This document shows positions 17,534 to 27,618 of a stretch of 64,000 nt of DNA, one piece after another. A program made the translations under genes and the position numbers. Under the pieces are notes generated by a model, which made no database searches, was not told where the DNA came from, and saw only the letters and a program-made list of their open reading frames with translations. This stretch comes from an uncultured Planctomycetota bacterium (GTDB lineage Bacteria; Planctomycetota; Planctomycetia; Isosphaerales; Isosphaeraceae): NCBI GenBank assembly GCA_963737655.1, contig CAVTTN010000002.1, positions 6,080,001-6,144,000 of the forward strand. The letters run 5' to 3'. Within the stretch, counting starts at the first letter, position 1, and every line of letters starts with the position of its first letter.

Positions 17534-18214
17534 TCAGGAACGACGCCGGGAGCGGGCGCGGGCGGCGAGGGTCAGACCGATCGCTCCCAGGGCGAGCGAC
17601 GACGGCTCGGGCACCGAGCGGAGGCGGAGGGTGTCGATCGTGCCGCCGATGTTGAATTCGTTCACGCCCAGGAGGTTTTCCGAGAACACCAGGTTATGGA
17701 TCGGGAACTTCGACAGGTCGAGGGTCAGCCCCTGGAGCGCGTCGGACGTGAGTGCGGTCGGCGGGTTGCCGAAATCGGTGAGGGAGATCTCAAGGTTTGC
17801 GGAACTCGTGAACGGCCCCGTCGATCGGAGATTCTCCACCGACGCGGCGAAGGAATCGACCGACTGGGCGCCCGCCGAGACGTGGTAATCGACGCCGATG
17901 TACCTCGTTACGGAACCGCCCGAGATCAGCGACGCGACCGTGAGGTCGGAGTAATCGCTCGGGAACTTCACGTCGATCGATTGCAGGGCACCGTTGTAGA
18001 ACCCGTAGTTCGGCGACGGATTGGTGATCGGCGACGACTCGTCGTAGGTGAAGCTCCCGGTGAACTTGTCGCCGACGGCGGTGGGAACCTGAATCGCGTT
18101 GATCCCGGTGAACTGGGTGACGGTCCCGGTGAAGTCGTAGGTGACGAGGTCGGCACTTGCCGGCGAGGCGAGCGCGAGGCAGACGGCGAGCGCGGCTAGC
18201 GGGTGTCGTATCAT
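17534..18214 (-). CDS. PEP-CTERM sorting domain protein
   Basis: Signal peptide ending ASA/DLVTYDFTG, a Ser/Thr/Gly-rich body, and C-terminal VPEPSSLALGAIGLTLAARARSRRRS. Confidence 0.92.
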   Translation of the reverse strand: MIRHPLAALAVCLALASPASADLVTYDFTGTVTQFTGINAIQVPTAVGDKFTGSFTYDESSPITNPSPNYGFYNGALQSIDVKFPSDYSDLTVASLISGGSVTRYIGVDYHVSAGAQSVDSFAASVENLRSTGPFTSSANLEISLTDFGNPPTALTSDALQGLTLDLSKFPIHNLVFSENLLGVNEFNIGGTIDTLRLRSVPEPSSLALGAIGLTLAARARSRRRS

Positions 18215-18392
18215 GGTGCGGATTCCTCGGGAAAAGAGTGGGAAATGTTCCGAATTGCACGTATGCTCATTATTGACGAGACCGACGACCGAACCAGGAA
18301 AGGGGACATCACTCATGAAGTCCACGATCGCCCTTCTTGCCCAAGCTCGGCAATAATTCGTTATGTCCTGCTCTGTCGAGAAGCTGACATCG

Positions 18393-18421
18393 CTCGCTCC
18401 CACGCCGAGCCTGGGAACGAG
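18393..18421. repeat. REP-like imperfect palindrome
   Basis: CTCGCTCCCA-CGCCGAGCC-TGGGAACGAG stem-loop in the intergenic region between the PEP-CTERM genes. Confidence 0.55.
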
Positions 18422-18505
18422 GGTTGTTTCGGAGTATCTCGACGGAGCGGTCATGTCCCCTTTCCTCGTTCCGTGCCGGATTGGGGTCGGATGTCGAGGG
18501 TGGGA

Positions 18506-19300
18506 TCAGGCGATGGCGGCCTTCGCCGCGCGGCGTCGGCGGGCGTAGCCCAGGGCGCCGGCCAGGCCCGTGCCCAGGATCGTCAGGCTCGCCGGCTCGG
18601 GCACCGCGTTCGTCTGCAACGTGAGCGAGCGGACGCCGGAGGAGGTGGAATTGTGGAACACCCCGTAGCTAGCAAAGTATCCATTGGCCATCGAGACAAC
18701 CGAGGGATCGAGCGCGGCCCCCACGACGAATTTCCCGCCCGCGTGGGCGTTGATCGAGGAGATTGCGGCCGGATTCAGCGCGATCGCCAGGGTCGTCCCG
18801 TCCTGGGACGCGGTGACGGTCGTGCTGCCGAGGAGGGTGCCGCCGCCCAGGTCGTTGAACAGCGCGACGTCGTTCGCGTAGCCCGGGGTCCCGGAATTGA
18901 ACGAGTTGTCGGCGGGAAGGGACGCCGCATCCTGAGACGCATCGAACAGATTCACCTTCAATGAAGTCACTCCAGCCAGAGTGCCTGCAAACGGATTGGA
19001 GAACCCCCCGACCGGTTCATCCAGGTGGATGGTCGCGTTCTGAACAACCGCGGAAACGCCGGACAGATCGAAGATGAAATAGGCCCTAGCTTCCCCTTGG
19101 CTGAACCCCGTGTCATAGGCGTGCACGAAATAATTGCTGGTTGTCGCCGAAACGTTCGGGGGACCGAAGAAGCCGCTGTCCGTGGTGTATCCACCCGAGG
19201 CCGACGCACCGATGGTGTAGTCGGCCCGGACGCTCGACCCGCCGAGCAGGGCGAGGGCGGCGAGGGCGGAGGCCAGGGGCAGGGAGCGGGCGCGAGTCAT
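18506..19300 (-). CDS. PEP-CTERM sorting domain protein
   Basis: Signal peptide ending VRA/DYTIG and C-terminal VPEPASLTILGTGLAGALGYARRRR. Confidence 0.92.
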   Translation of the reverse strand: MTRARSLPLASALAALALLGGSSVRADYTIGASASGGYTTDSGFFGPPNVSATTSNYFVHAYDTGFSQGEARAYFIFDLSGVSAVVQNATIHLDEPVGGFSNPFAGTLAGVTSLKVNLFDASQDAASLPADNSFNSGTPGYANDVALFNDLGGGTLLGSTTVTASQDGTTLAIALNPAAISSINAHAGGKFVVGAALDPSVVSMANGYFASYGVFHNSTSSGVRSLTLQTNAVPEPASLTILGTGLAGALGYARRRRAAKAAIA

Positions 19301-19755
19301 GGTAAGAGTTCCTCTCGTTGGGGGCCCCACGGAGGCCGGCGGAGGCCCGCGCGGCGCGGACCTTCCCCGGCCGTCCTTGCGGACCGGGGTGCGGGGTCGA
19401 TTCGAGACATCTTGACGGCGGCCCGAGGCTCCGCTCGATCGGTCGCCGTGGGGGGAGGAACGGTGTCGCTTCGATCTCGTCTGGGTGGACGTTCCGGGCG
19501 GACGGGATGCGGTCGGTGCATCCCGGGTGCGTGACGATCGGCCGCCTCGCGATCGTTCCCGTCTCCTTCTCGCAATCCGCGCCCGGCCCGAAACCCGGTT
19601 CGGGGGATTTTTCCGGACTTATTCCGGATTGTTGCAGAAATCGGATCGAAAAAAATGATGCGGGTCGCGGTCCGTTGCGGGATAATCGCGATTGGGGGCG
19701 GCGTCGCCCTCGGCCCCTTCGATCGCCCCGACCCCGGAACCGCGCGAGTTTCAGG

Positions 19756-20334
19756 ATGACCGGCCCCTCGGCGTCGCAGGACGATCCTCGCCGGATCGAG
19801 CGGACGCTCGAGACGTATCGCGGCTACCTGCTCTCGGTGGCCCAGGCGCTTCGCGGCGGGGCGACGGGCGACCGGGCCAGCCCCTCGGACCTCGTCCAGG
19901 AGGCGATGATCGCGGCCGTGCTCAAGGCCCGCGCCGGGCGGATGCCCGAGGGGGACGCAGCCCACCTCAGGTCCTGGCTGCGCACGATCCTCGTCCGCCT
20001 CCACGTGAGCGAGAAGCGTCGCGAGCACGCCAGGAAGCGGGCCGGGCTCCTCCGGGTCGATTTCCCGGGCGACGTACCACCCAGCGACCCCGGGACTCCC
20101 CCGACCGAGCGCGTGGCCCGGGCCGAGCTGGTCGGCCTGATCGGCGTCGCCTTCGCCGGGCTCGCCGAGGAGGACCAGCAACTCGTCCGCTGGCGATACC
20201 GCGACGGCGAGTCGTTCGAGGAGATCGGCCGCCGTCTCGGATGCTCGGCCGCCTATGCCGGACGAGTCAGCCGTCGGGCGCTCGATCGCCTCCGATCGGC
20301 CCTGCCCCCGGACGGGGACGGGGGCCCCGGATGA
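19756..20334 (+). CDS. ECF sigma-70 factor (kinase-associated)
   Basis: YRGYLLSVA...SPSDLVQEA...LRSWLRTIL (region 2) and LAEEDQQLVRWRYRDGESFEEIGRRLGCS (region 4). The stop overlaps the kinase start (ATGA). Confidence 0.88.
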   Translation: MTGPSASQDDPRRIERTLETYRGYLLSVAQALRGGATGDRASPSDLVQEAMIAAVLKARAGRMPEGDAAHLRSWLRTILVRLHVSEKRREHARKRAGLLRVDFPGDVPPSDPGTPPTERVARAELVGLIGVAFAGLAEEDQQLVRWRYRDGESFEEIGRRLGCSAAYAGRVSRRALDRLRSALPPDGDGGPG

Positions 20335-22817
20335 GCCGGTCCGAGGACCGCACGGACCCGGCGACCGATCCGCCGAGCATCTCCCCCGCGTTCCGCTCGC
20401 TCCTGGGCCAGGCGCTCGGCGACGAGCCGGCCGGGCCCGCCGTCGATTCGTGGCGGATCGGCCGGTTCGAGGTTTTGGACGAGATCGACGGCGGGGGGTG
20501 CGGCGTCGTCCTCCGCGTGTTCGACCCCGTGGCTCGGGCCGAGCGGGCCATGAAGGTGCCCAACCTGCGGACGCTCGGGTCCGACTTCGCGTCCTCGCGA
20601 TTCCTCGACGAGGGGCGGAAGCTCGCGAGGGTCGATCACCCGAACGTGGCGCGGTTGTACGAGGTGGACGACAGCCGGGGCGTCCCCTACCTCGTGATGA
20701 AGTACTATCCCGAGGGGTCGCTGTCGAAGTGGCAGCGGAGGCGCGAGGGTCGGCCGGTCTGCCCCCGGTGGGCGGCCTCGCTCGTGGCCGGGCTCGCCGA
20801 CGGCGTGGCGGCGATCGCCCGCGCGGAGATGCTCCATCGCGACCTCAAGCCCGGGAACGTCCTCCTGGAGCGGATCGGCGACGACGACGACCCGGGCGAC
20901 CCGCCCCGCCTCCGCGCGGTGGTCGCGGACCTCGGGATGGCGAAGTTCCTCGACGACTCGGCCCCGCCCAGTCATCCGACCCATCCGGACGAGCCGATCG
21001 GGACGTACCTTTATATGAGCCCCGAGGCGGCGAAGGGGGCGAGGCACATCGGCCGGGCGAGCGACGTCTACGGCCTGGGCGTGATCCTCTTCGAGCTGCT
21101 CGCCGGTCGGCCCCCGTTCACCGGGCCGGGCCGCGCGGAGGTCGTGGCGAAGATCACGGCCGACGCCCCCCCGCCGTCGCCCCGATCGATCCGTCGCGAC
21201 CTGCCCCGCGACCTCGATCGGATTTGCCGGACCGCGATGGCGAAGGCCCCGGGGGATCGCTACACGTCGGCCGGGGCCATGGCCGCCGACCTCCGCGCGT
21301 TCGTCAATGGCGACCCGATCCGCGGATCGGGCTGGCCCCGCCGCCTCCGCGCCGCGATCCGGCATCGCAAGAGGCTCGCGGCGGGCGGCCTGATCGCCCT
21401 GGGCCTCCTCGGCGTCGGGGCCGTCGAGACCAGGCGCGAGGCCCTGAGCTGGATCCGACAGGTCGAGGCGGCGTCGGTCCCGTCGCTGCCGGCGCTGGTG
21501 AAAGATCGGCCCGCGTGGTGGCTGGTCGATGGCGACCTGAAGGCCCTGGCCCGGTCGGGGACCGATCGCCAGAAGCTGGCGGCGATGGTCGCCCTGGCCG
21601 GCCCGGACCGTGCCCGGACGCAGGCCGTCGCCGACCGGATGATCGCCGGGCCGTTCGAGGACGTCGGCCCGATCTGCCGGGCGCTCGACGGCCGGGCGCC
21701 GGGCCTGGTCGACGCCCTCCGCGATCGCGCCTCCGGGGGGCGGGGGACCGAGTCGAGCCGGGCGAACGCGGCCCTGGCCCTGGTCCACCTCGGCAGGCCG
21801 TCCGACGGCCTCGCCCTGTTCCGCGAGATCCGCGACCCGGGCGGCCGCGCCTACCTCGTCCATCGGCTCGGCCCCTCGGGCGTCGCGCCGGCCACCCTGG
21901 TCGCGGCCCTGGAGGCGTCCGGGGGGGCGGACACCCCGATCCGCCGGGGGCTCCTGCTCGCGATGGGCGAAGTGCCGACCGGCGCATGGCGGCCCGCCGA
22001 TCGCGAACGCGCCACCGGACGCGCCCTGGCCCTCTATCGAGCCGACCCCGATCCGGGGGTCCACGGCGCGGCCAAATGGCTCCTGAAGTCGTGGGGGCAG
22101 GGCCCGACCCTCGCGACGATCGACCGGGAGTTGTCCGAGGCACCCGCACCCCCGGGCCAGGGCTGGAGGGTCGGCCGCTCGCTCCTCACGTTCGTGAGGG
22201 TCGATCTGGGCGGGCCCGCGATCGAGGTCGCCGACACCGAATTGACCATCGGCCAGGCGAGGTCGCTCGACGTCCTGCCGGTGGGATATCTCGGCCTGAA
22301 GGGGCAGGACGACCTCCCGGCGACGGGCCTGAGCTACGAACTGGCCGCCCGCCTCTGCCTGGCGATCGACCGCGTCGAGCAGGTCGCCCCGGGCCCGGCG
22401 GCCGATCGGCCCGGCTTCCGGATGCCGGATGACGCGGAATTCCCCGGATATGTCCGCGCCGGGACCGGCTGCGATCGCCCCTACGGCGAGGCGTTCGAAT
22501 TCGTCGATCGCTACGTCCAGACGTTCGGCAACCGGCCCGGCCCCTTGCACCCCTTCCCGGTCGCGACGGCCAAGCCGAACGACCTCGGGCTCTTCGACAC
22601 CCTGGGCAACGTCGCCGAGCTGGGCCGGTGGACGGGCCCGGGGGGCAACCCCCAGAACCGGGCCGCCCTGCTCGGCGGCGACCTCCTCCGCCGCGGCTCC
22701 GACCTCTCGGCCGCGACCGTCGCCGGCCCCCAGAGCAACCGCTACACGATCCCCCTGTCCCTCAGGCACGGGCTGCGAGTGGTCCGCACGCTCGAAGTTC
22801 GCGAGCCGCGTCCCTAG
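20331..22817 (+). CDS. Ser/Thr protein kinase with TM segment, helical repeats and a degenerate C-terminal FGE-sulfatase (SUMF1-like) domain
   Basis: Kinase motifs GGGCGVV, AMKV, HRDLKPGN, DLG, YMSPE and DVYGLG. C-terminal KPNDLGLFDTLGNVAE and HGLRVVRT resemble FGE-family motifs. Confidence 0.88.
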   Translation: MSRSEDRTDPATDPPSISPAFRSLLGQALGDEPAGPAVDSWRIGRFEVLDEIDGGGCGVVLRVFDPVARAERAMKVPNLRTLGSDFASSRFLDEGRKLARVDHPNVARLYEVDDSRGVPYLVMKYYPEGSLSKWQRRREGRPVCPRWAASLVAGLADGVAAIARAEMLHRDLKPGNVLLERIGDDDDPGDPPRLRAVVADLGMAKFLDDSAPPSHPTHPDEPIGTYLYMSPEAAKGARHIGRASDVYGLGVILFELLAGRPPFTGPGRAEVVAKITADAPPPSPRSIRRDLPRDLDRICRTAMAKAPGDRYTSAGAMAADLRAFVNGDPIRGSGWPRRLRAAIRHRKRLAAGGLIALGLLGVGAVETRREALSWIRQVEAASVPSLPALVKDRPAWWLVDGDLKALARSGTDRQKLAAMVALAGPDRARTQAVADRMIAGPFEDVGPICRALDGRAPGLVDALRDRASGGRGTESSRANAALALVHLGRPSDGLALFREIRDPGGRAYLVHRLGPSGVAPATLVAALEASGGADTPIRRGLLLAMGEVPTGAWRPADRERATGRALALYRADPDPGVHGAAKWLLKSWGQGPTLATIDRELSEAPAPPGQGWRVGRSLLTFVRVDLGGPAIEVADTELTIGQARSLDVLPVGYLGLKGQDDLPATGLSYELAARLCLAIDRVEQVAPGPAADRPGFRMPDDAEFPGYVRAGTGCDRPYGEAFEFVDRYVQTFGNRPGPLHPFPVATAKPNDLGLFDTLGNVAELGRWTGPGGNPQNRAALLGGDLLRRGSDLSAATVAGPQSNRYTIPLSLRHGLRVVRTLEVREPRP

Positions 22818-22848
22818 AGCGATCGACACCGGAACGAAAGGATCCGCG

Positions 22849-23220
22849 ATGGCCAAGATCAACGGTATCTTCCAAGCCTGCTCGGGCATATGCACCTGGA
22901 CACGCGACGGTTCGGGGAACTGGACCGTGACGGGCACCTGCACCGCACCGTGCTCATGCTATGATCCGAATGAACTGGCGACTAACCCGAGTCCTCACCC
23001 CGGCCAGTCGGGCGGCCCGACGCTCACCGATGCGGTCTTCCTCGGCAAGATCGCCCTCTACGACCTGGCCGCGGACGACGCGAGATCCCTCCGAAGGAGG
23101 CTGGGCCCCGCAGCGGCCCCGGACCGCCGCCACGCGATCTTCACGTCGAAGAGTGGCACGAGCACCGCGGCCGCGCCCCAGGCCGGCGACGTCTACGAGA
23201 CGGATTGCTACGAGCCGTGA
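22849..23220 (+). CDS. Small cysteine-rich hypothetical protein (123 aa)
   Basis: GAAAGGA RBS before the ATG. It fills the gap between the kinase and the next sigma factor. Six Cys: CSGICTW...W...CTAPCSC...ETDC. Confidence 0.7.
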   Translation: MAKINGIFQACSGICTWTRDGSGNWTVTGTCTAPCSCYDPNELATNPSPHPGQSGGPTLTDAVFLGKIALYDLAADDARSLRRRLGPAAAPDRRHAIFTSKSGTSTAAAPQAGDVYETDCYEP

Positions 23221-23222
23221 AC

Positions 23223-23963
23223 ATGGATGGGACCTTTTTGGGCGCTGGGGCTCCGCGGCCGATGTTCGCCTCGACGCGATGGGGGATCGTCCTGGCCGCG
23301 AAGGGGCGGGACGATCCCGGGGCGGCGGAGGCCTTGGGCGAACTGGTCTCGGCGTACTGGTATCCGATCTATGCCTTCGTGCGGAGCAAGGGGTTTCTCG
23401 CCGACGAGGCGGAAGACCTGGTCCAGGGGTTTTTCGCGAGCCTCCTGGAGAGGGACGGGCTGGCGACCGTCGATCCGGCCCGGGGCCGTTTCCGGTCGTT
23501 CCTGATGGCGTGCTGCTCCCATTACCTGGCGAACCAGAGGGACCGCGACCGCCGGTTGAAGCGGGGCGGGGGCCGGTTGACGGCCTCGCTCGATCGGGGC
23601 GAGGCCGAGTCTCGCTATCTTCGCGAGCCCGGCCATGAGCGGACTCCCGAGCGGGTGTATCTGCGTCGATGGGCCACGACGTTGCTGGACCTGGTGATGG
23701 ATCGCCTGGGAAGGGAGATGGCGGCCTCGGGCAAGGCGGCGGTGTTCGAGGCTCTCAAGCCGCTCCTGGTCGGCGAGGACTCGGCCTCGTACCGCCGCCA
23801 GGGGGCGACGGTCGGCCTGAGCGAGGGGGCCGCCCGGGTCGCCGCCCATCGGATCCGGGCCCGATATCGCGAGATCCTCCGCGAGGAGGTCGGGCGGACC
23901 GTGGCCGATCCGGGCGAGGTGGACGAGGAGCTCCGCGACCTGTTCGCCGCCCTCTCGGATTGA
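23223..23963 (+). CDS. ECF sigma-70 factor (FxxTRW/YWYP type)
   Basis: FASTRWGIVLAA, YWYPIYAFVR, EAEDLVQGFF, RGRFRSFL, GLSEGAARVAAHRIRARY, EVDEELRDL. Confidence 0.88.
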   Translation: MDGTFLGAGAPRPMFASTRWGIVLAAKGRDDPGAAEALGELVSAYWYPIYAFVRSKGFLADEAEDLVQGFFASLLERDGLATVDPARGRFRSFLMACCSHYLANQRDRDRRLKRGGGRLTASLDRGEAESRYLREPGHERTPERVYLRRWATTLLDLVMDRLGREMAASGKAAVFEALKPLLVGEDSASYRRQGATVGLSEGAARVAAHRIRARYREILREEVGRTVADPGEVDEELRDLFAALSD

Positions 23964-24042
23964 TCCGCGAGGAGCCTTGTAACGCCCGGGCGGTTCCGCT
24001 TCTCTCTCCGGGGAGGACTTCGACGACCCGAGGGACGCGACC

Positions 24043-27000
24043 ATGCCCGGCCCGACGACCTGCGCCCATTGCGGGGCCCCGCTCGACCGCGACGAACCGC
24101 ACGGCCTTTGCGTGGCCTGCCTGCTCCTCGCCGCCATGCCGCCGGGGGAGGCCGAGACGATCGCCCGGCCGACCGTCGGCCCCGAGATCGGCGACATGGC
24201 GACCGTCCTCCGCATGACCGAGCCGGCCGTCGAGCCCGAGCCGTTCGAGACCCTCCACTACTTCGGCGATTACGAGCTGATCCGCGAGGTCGCGCGAGGG
24301 GGGATGGGCGTCGTGTACGAGGCCCGGCAGGTCTCCCTGGGCCGGAGCGTGGCCCTGAAGATGATCCTGGCCGGTCAACTGGCGACCGAGGCCGACGTGG
24401 CCCGGTTCCATGCCGAGGCCGAGGCCGCCGCCCGGCTCGATCACCCGGGGATCGTGCCGATCTTCGAGATCGGCGAGCATGACGGCCGGCATTACTTCAG
24501 CATGGCCTTCATCGAGGGTCGGAGCCTGGCCCAGACGATCGCCGGCGTGCCGCTTCCTCCGAGGGACGCCGCCGCGATCGTGGCGGAGGTGGCCGGGGCG
24601 GTCCAGTATGCCCATGAGAACGGGATCATCCATCGCGATTTGAAGCCTCAAAACGTGCTGATCGACGTCCTCGGCCGCGCCCGGGTCACGGATTTCGGCC
24701 TGGCGAAGCGGTTGGAGGGCGATTCGGGGCTCACGGCGACCGGGCAGGTCATGGGGACCCCCGGATTCATGCCGCCGGAGCAGGCGCAGGGACGATCGGA
24801 CGTCGGCCCCCCGGCCGATATCTACAGCCTCGGCGCGGTCCTGTACGCGACCCTCACGGGCCGCCCGCCGTTCCAGGCGGCCTCGGCGATGGACACGCTC
24901 TTGCAGGTCCTGGAACGCGAGCCGGTGCCGCCTCGGCAGATGAACCCGGCGATCCCGAGGGAGCTGGAGACGATCTGCCTGAAGGCCCTGGAAAAAGACC
25001 CGAGCCGGAGGTACGAGACGGCCCGAGGGCTGGCCGAGGACCTCGGCCGATGGTCGCGAGGGGAGCCGATCCGGGCGAGGCGGGCGTCGATGGCCGAACG
25101 GGCGTGGAAGTGGGGCCGGAGGCGCCCGGCGGCGGCGGTCCTGATCTTCGTGGGGCTCGCGGCGGTGGCCCTGGCCGCCGGGTTGGGCGTGGCCGCCCGG
25201 TACAACCGGCGATTGAGCGATTCGCTGAAGTCCGAGGCGACGGCGAGGGTCGAGGCCCAGAAACAACGCGAAGACGCCCGCCGCTTCTGGTACGCGGCCG
25301 ACGTGAACCTCGCCCAGAGGTACTGGCTCGATGCCCGGGTCGATCGGGCCCGGGCGATCCTCGACCGCCAGAGGCCGGGCCCGGGCCAGGCCGACCTCCG
25401 CGAGTTCTCCTGGTGGTATCTCTGGAACGCCAGCCACGCCGAGAAGACCATTTCCAACGCCCTGGCCGGGAACAGCCTGGATGCCCTGGCGTTCGATCGC
25501 GACGGGCGACGCCTCCTGACCGGCTTGCCAAACACCCGAGGGGAGAAACGCAACGGCCTGGTCGTCGCCTTCGACCCGGACGGGCACGCCCCGGCCACGA
25601 CCCTCTGGCAGACGAACTTCCTGAATGCGTACTGCGCGGCGGAGATCGGAGGGGTCTGGGCGGGGCTCGCCGAGGACGGGCTCTGGATCGGCGGCGAAGG
25701 CCCGCCCCGGAAGCTCGCGATCGGAGACGAGCCGGTCGACCTGCTCGCCCTCTCGCGAGACGGCCGGCTCCTGGCCGGGCTGGCTCGCGACGAGACGGGG
25801 AAGACCGTGTGGGCCGTCGAGACGGCCTCCGGACGGGTCCGGGCCCGGTTCAGGACGGGAATCTCGCCGTCGGCCGCGGTGTTCGCCCCCGACGGCTCGT
25901 GGCTGGCCCTGGGCGGCAACCTCGTGAGCGTCGATGGCGACACGACGATCATCACCGTGGGGGTCTCCCTGATCCAGGTCGTCCCCCTGGACGATCCGGG
26001 GAAGCGTTGGGAGCTCGGTTCGCGATTGAACCGCCTGACCTGCCTCGCCGTCTCGCCCGACGGCTCGTCGCTGATCTCGGGCGGGTCGTCGGCCGATAGC
26101 CCCCCGGCGGGGGTGGTCGAGGTCTGGGACGTTCCGAAGAAGGCGATCCGAAGCCAGTTCGCGGGCTCTCGCCATGAGGTGAACTGCCTGGCGGTCTCGC
26201 CGGATGGCCGATCGTTGGCCGTGGGGGGGGATGACCGCCTGGTCCGGCTCCTCCGGCTGGGCCGCGAGGGATCGTCCTGGGCGGAGAGGGCCGGCGCGTC
26301 CCTGGCGACGTTCCGCGGCCACCTCGTCCCGGTCACGGCCCTGGCCTTCTCGCCCGACGGCCGGACCCTGGCCTCGGGCGACCTGGCCGGCTCGGTCCGC
26401 ACCTGGGACCCGTCGAGCAACCCCGAGTTCCGGGCTTTGGAGGAGCAGCCGTACGCGATCCAGGACGTCGCCTTCTCGCCCGACGGCAAGACGGTGGTCT
26501 CGGCCGACTATCGGAACGTCCTCGTGTTCGACGCCGGGACGGGCCGGAAGGCCGCCGGGTTCGAGATCGATCACTGGAGCTTCGCGATGGCCCTCTCGCC
26601 CGACGGCCGGACGCTCGCGACCGGGGGCCAGACCGGGACCGGCGGAGGCCCTCCGGCCCTGATCCGGCTCTGGGACGTTGCCTCGGGCCGGGCGATCGGC
26701 ACCCTCCTGCCCGGCGAGGGGGCCGAGAGCGTCACCGAGCTGGTTTTCTCGCCCGACGGCCGGTTCCTCGCGACCAATCCGAGCCGATATGACTCGGACC
26801 TGGGCAAGACGGTCTCGCGGGTCGAGGTCTGGGACGTGGCTCGTCGCCGGGTCGCCTGGGCCCTCCGAGACGGCGCCTCCCCCCTGGCCTTCTCGCCCGA
26901 CGGCCGGACCCTCGCGGCCGAGGGCGGCGATCGCGCGATCCGCTTCCTCGACCCGGCCACCGGCCGGGAGCGGCCGGGGACGTGGCCCCGGATCGCCCTG

Positions 27001-27357
27001 GCCTCTCATCTCACGTTCTCGGCCGACGGCCGACGGATCGCCGCGAGGATCTCCACCGGCGGGGTCTCGGTCTGGAAGACCGACCAGGAGGGGCCGGAGG
27101 CGACCATCCCGGAGGTCCACGGCCCGATCGCCTTCTCGCCCGACGGCCTGAGCCTGGCGGCCTGCGACGGCATCGACCTCGTGATTCATCAGGTCGCCAC
27201 CGGGCAGGAGCTCGCCCGCCTCAGCGGCCACATCTATCCGCCCGACTGCCTGGCGTTCTCGCCCGACGGCGCGACCCTCGCCTCCGGCGGCGGCTCTCGC
27301 GACGAGAACGACGGCGTCCACCTCTGGAGGGCCCCGAGGGTCGAGGCGAGGAGGTGA
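24043..27357 (+). CDS. Ser/Thr protein kinase with an N-terminal Zn ribbon, TM segment and WD40 repeats
   Basis: CAHC...CVAC; RGGMGVVY, VALKMI, HRDLKPQN, DFG, FMPPEQ; many AFSPDG WD40 repeats. Confidence 0.95.
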   Translation: MPGPTTCAHCGAPLDRDEPHGLCVACLLLAAMPPGEAETIARPTVGPEIGDMATVLRMTEPAVEPEPFETLHYFGDYELIREVARGGMGVVYEARQVSLGRSVALKMILAGQLATEADVARFHAEAEAAARLDHPGIVPIFEIGEHDGRHYFSMAFIEGRSLAQTIAGVPLPPRDAAAIVAEVAGAVQYAHENGIIHRDLKPQNVLIDVLGRARVTDFGLAKRLEGDSGLTATGQVMGTPGFMPPEQAQGRSDVGPPADIYSLGAVLYATLTGRPPFQAASAMDTLLQVLEREPVPPRQMNPAIPRELETICLKALEKDPSRRYETARGLAEDLGRWSRGEPIRARRASMAERAWKWGRRRPAAAVLIFVGLAAVALAAGLGVAARYNRRLSDSLKSEATARVEAQKQREDARRFWYAADVNLAQRYWLDARVDRARAILDRQRPGPGQADLREFSWWYLWNASHAEKTISNALAGNSLDALAFDRDGRRLLTGLPNTRGEKRNGLVVAFDPDGHAPATTLWQTNFLNAYCAAEIGGVWAGLAEDGLWIGGEGPPRKLAIGDEPVDLLALSRDGRLLAGLARDETGKTVWAVETASGRVRARFRTGISPSAAVFAPDGSWLALGGNLVSVDGDTTIITVGVSLIQVVPLDDPGKRWELGSRLNRLTCLAVSPDGSSLISGGSSADSPPAGVVEVWDVPKKAIRSQFAGSRHEVNCLAVSPDGRSLAVGGDDRLVRLLRLGREGSSWAERAGASLATFRGHLVPVTALAFSPDGRTLASGDLAGSVRTWDPSSNPEFRALEEQPYAIQDVAFSPDGKTVVSADYRNVLVFDAGTGRKAAGFEIDHWSFAMALSPDGRTLATGGQTGTGGGPPALIRLWDVASGRAIGTLLPGEGAESVTELVFSPDGRFLATNPSRYDSDLGKTVSRVEVWDVARRRVAWALRDGASPLAFSPDGRTLAAEGGDRAIRFLDPATGRERPGTWPRIALASHLTFSADGRRIAARISTGGVSVWKTDQEGPEATIPEVHGPIAFSPDGLSLAACDGIDLVIHQVATGQELARLSGHIYPPDCLAFSPDGATLASGGGSRDENDGVHLWRAPRVEARR

Positions 27358-27618
27358 CCGAGCCGCGAGCGACGTTCTCGATTCGGAAGGTCTCACGCCT
27401 CCGAAGCCGGAAGCCGGTGTGAGGGGAAATGGAGACATGGAGGGGAGAAGGGGAGGAGGGGACGTTCTGAATCTCGAGGATTGTCCCAGGCTGCCGAGCA
27501 AGCCGCCTCAGCTAGCCTTGCCGGGGGCCGGGCCGCCGCGGGCGTTCTTTGGTACGATCGAGGCCACGGGTCGGCGGCCGGTCTGCGGAGCCTGGACTTG
27601 AACGGCGGAGGCGGTGAT

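Noticed and set aside
23975..24010. TGTAAC-containing possible ECF promoter before the WD40 kinase
   Set aside because: A single instance without a clear -10 element, so it cannot be supported from the sequence alone.
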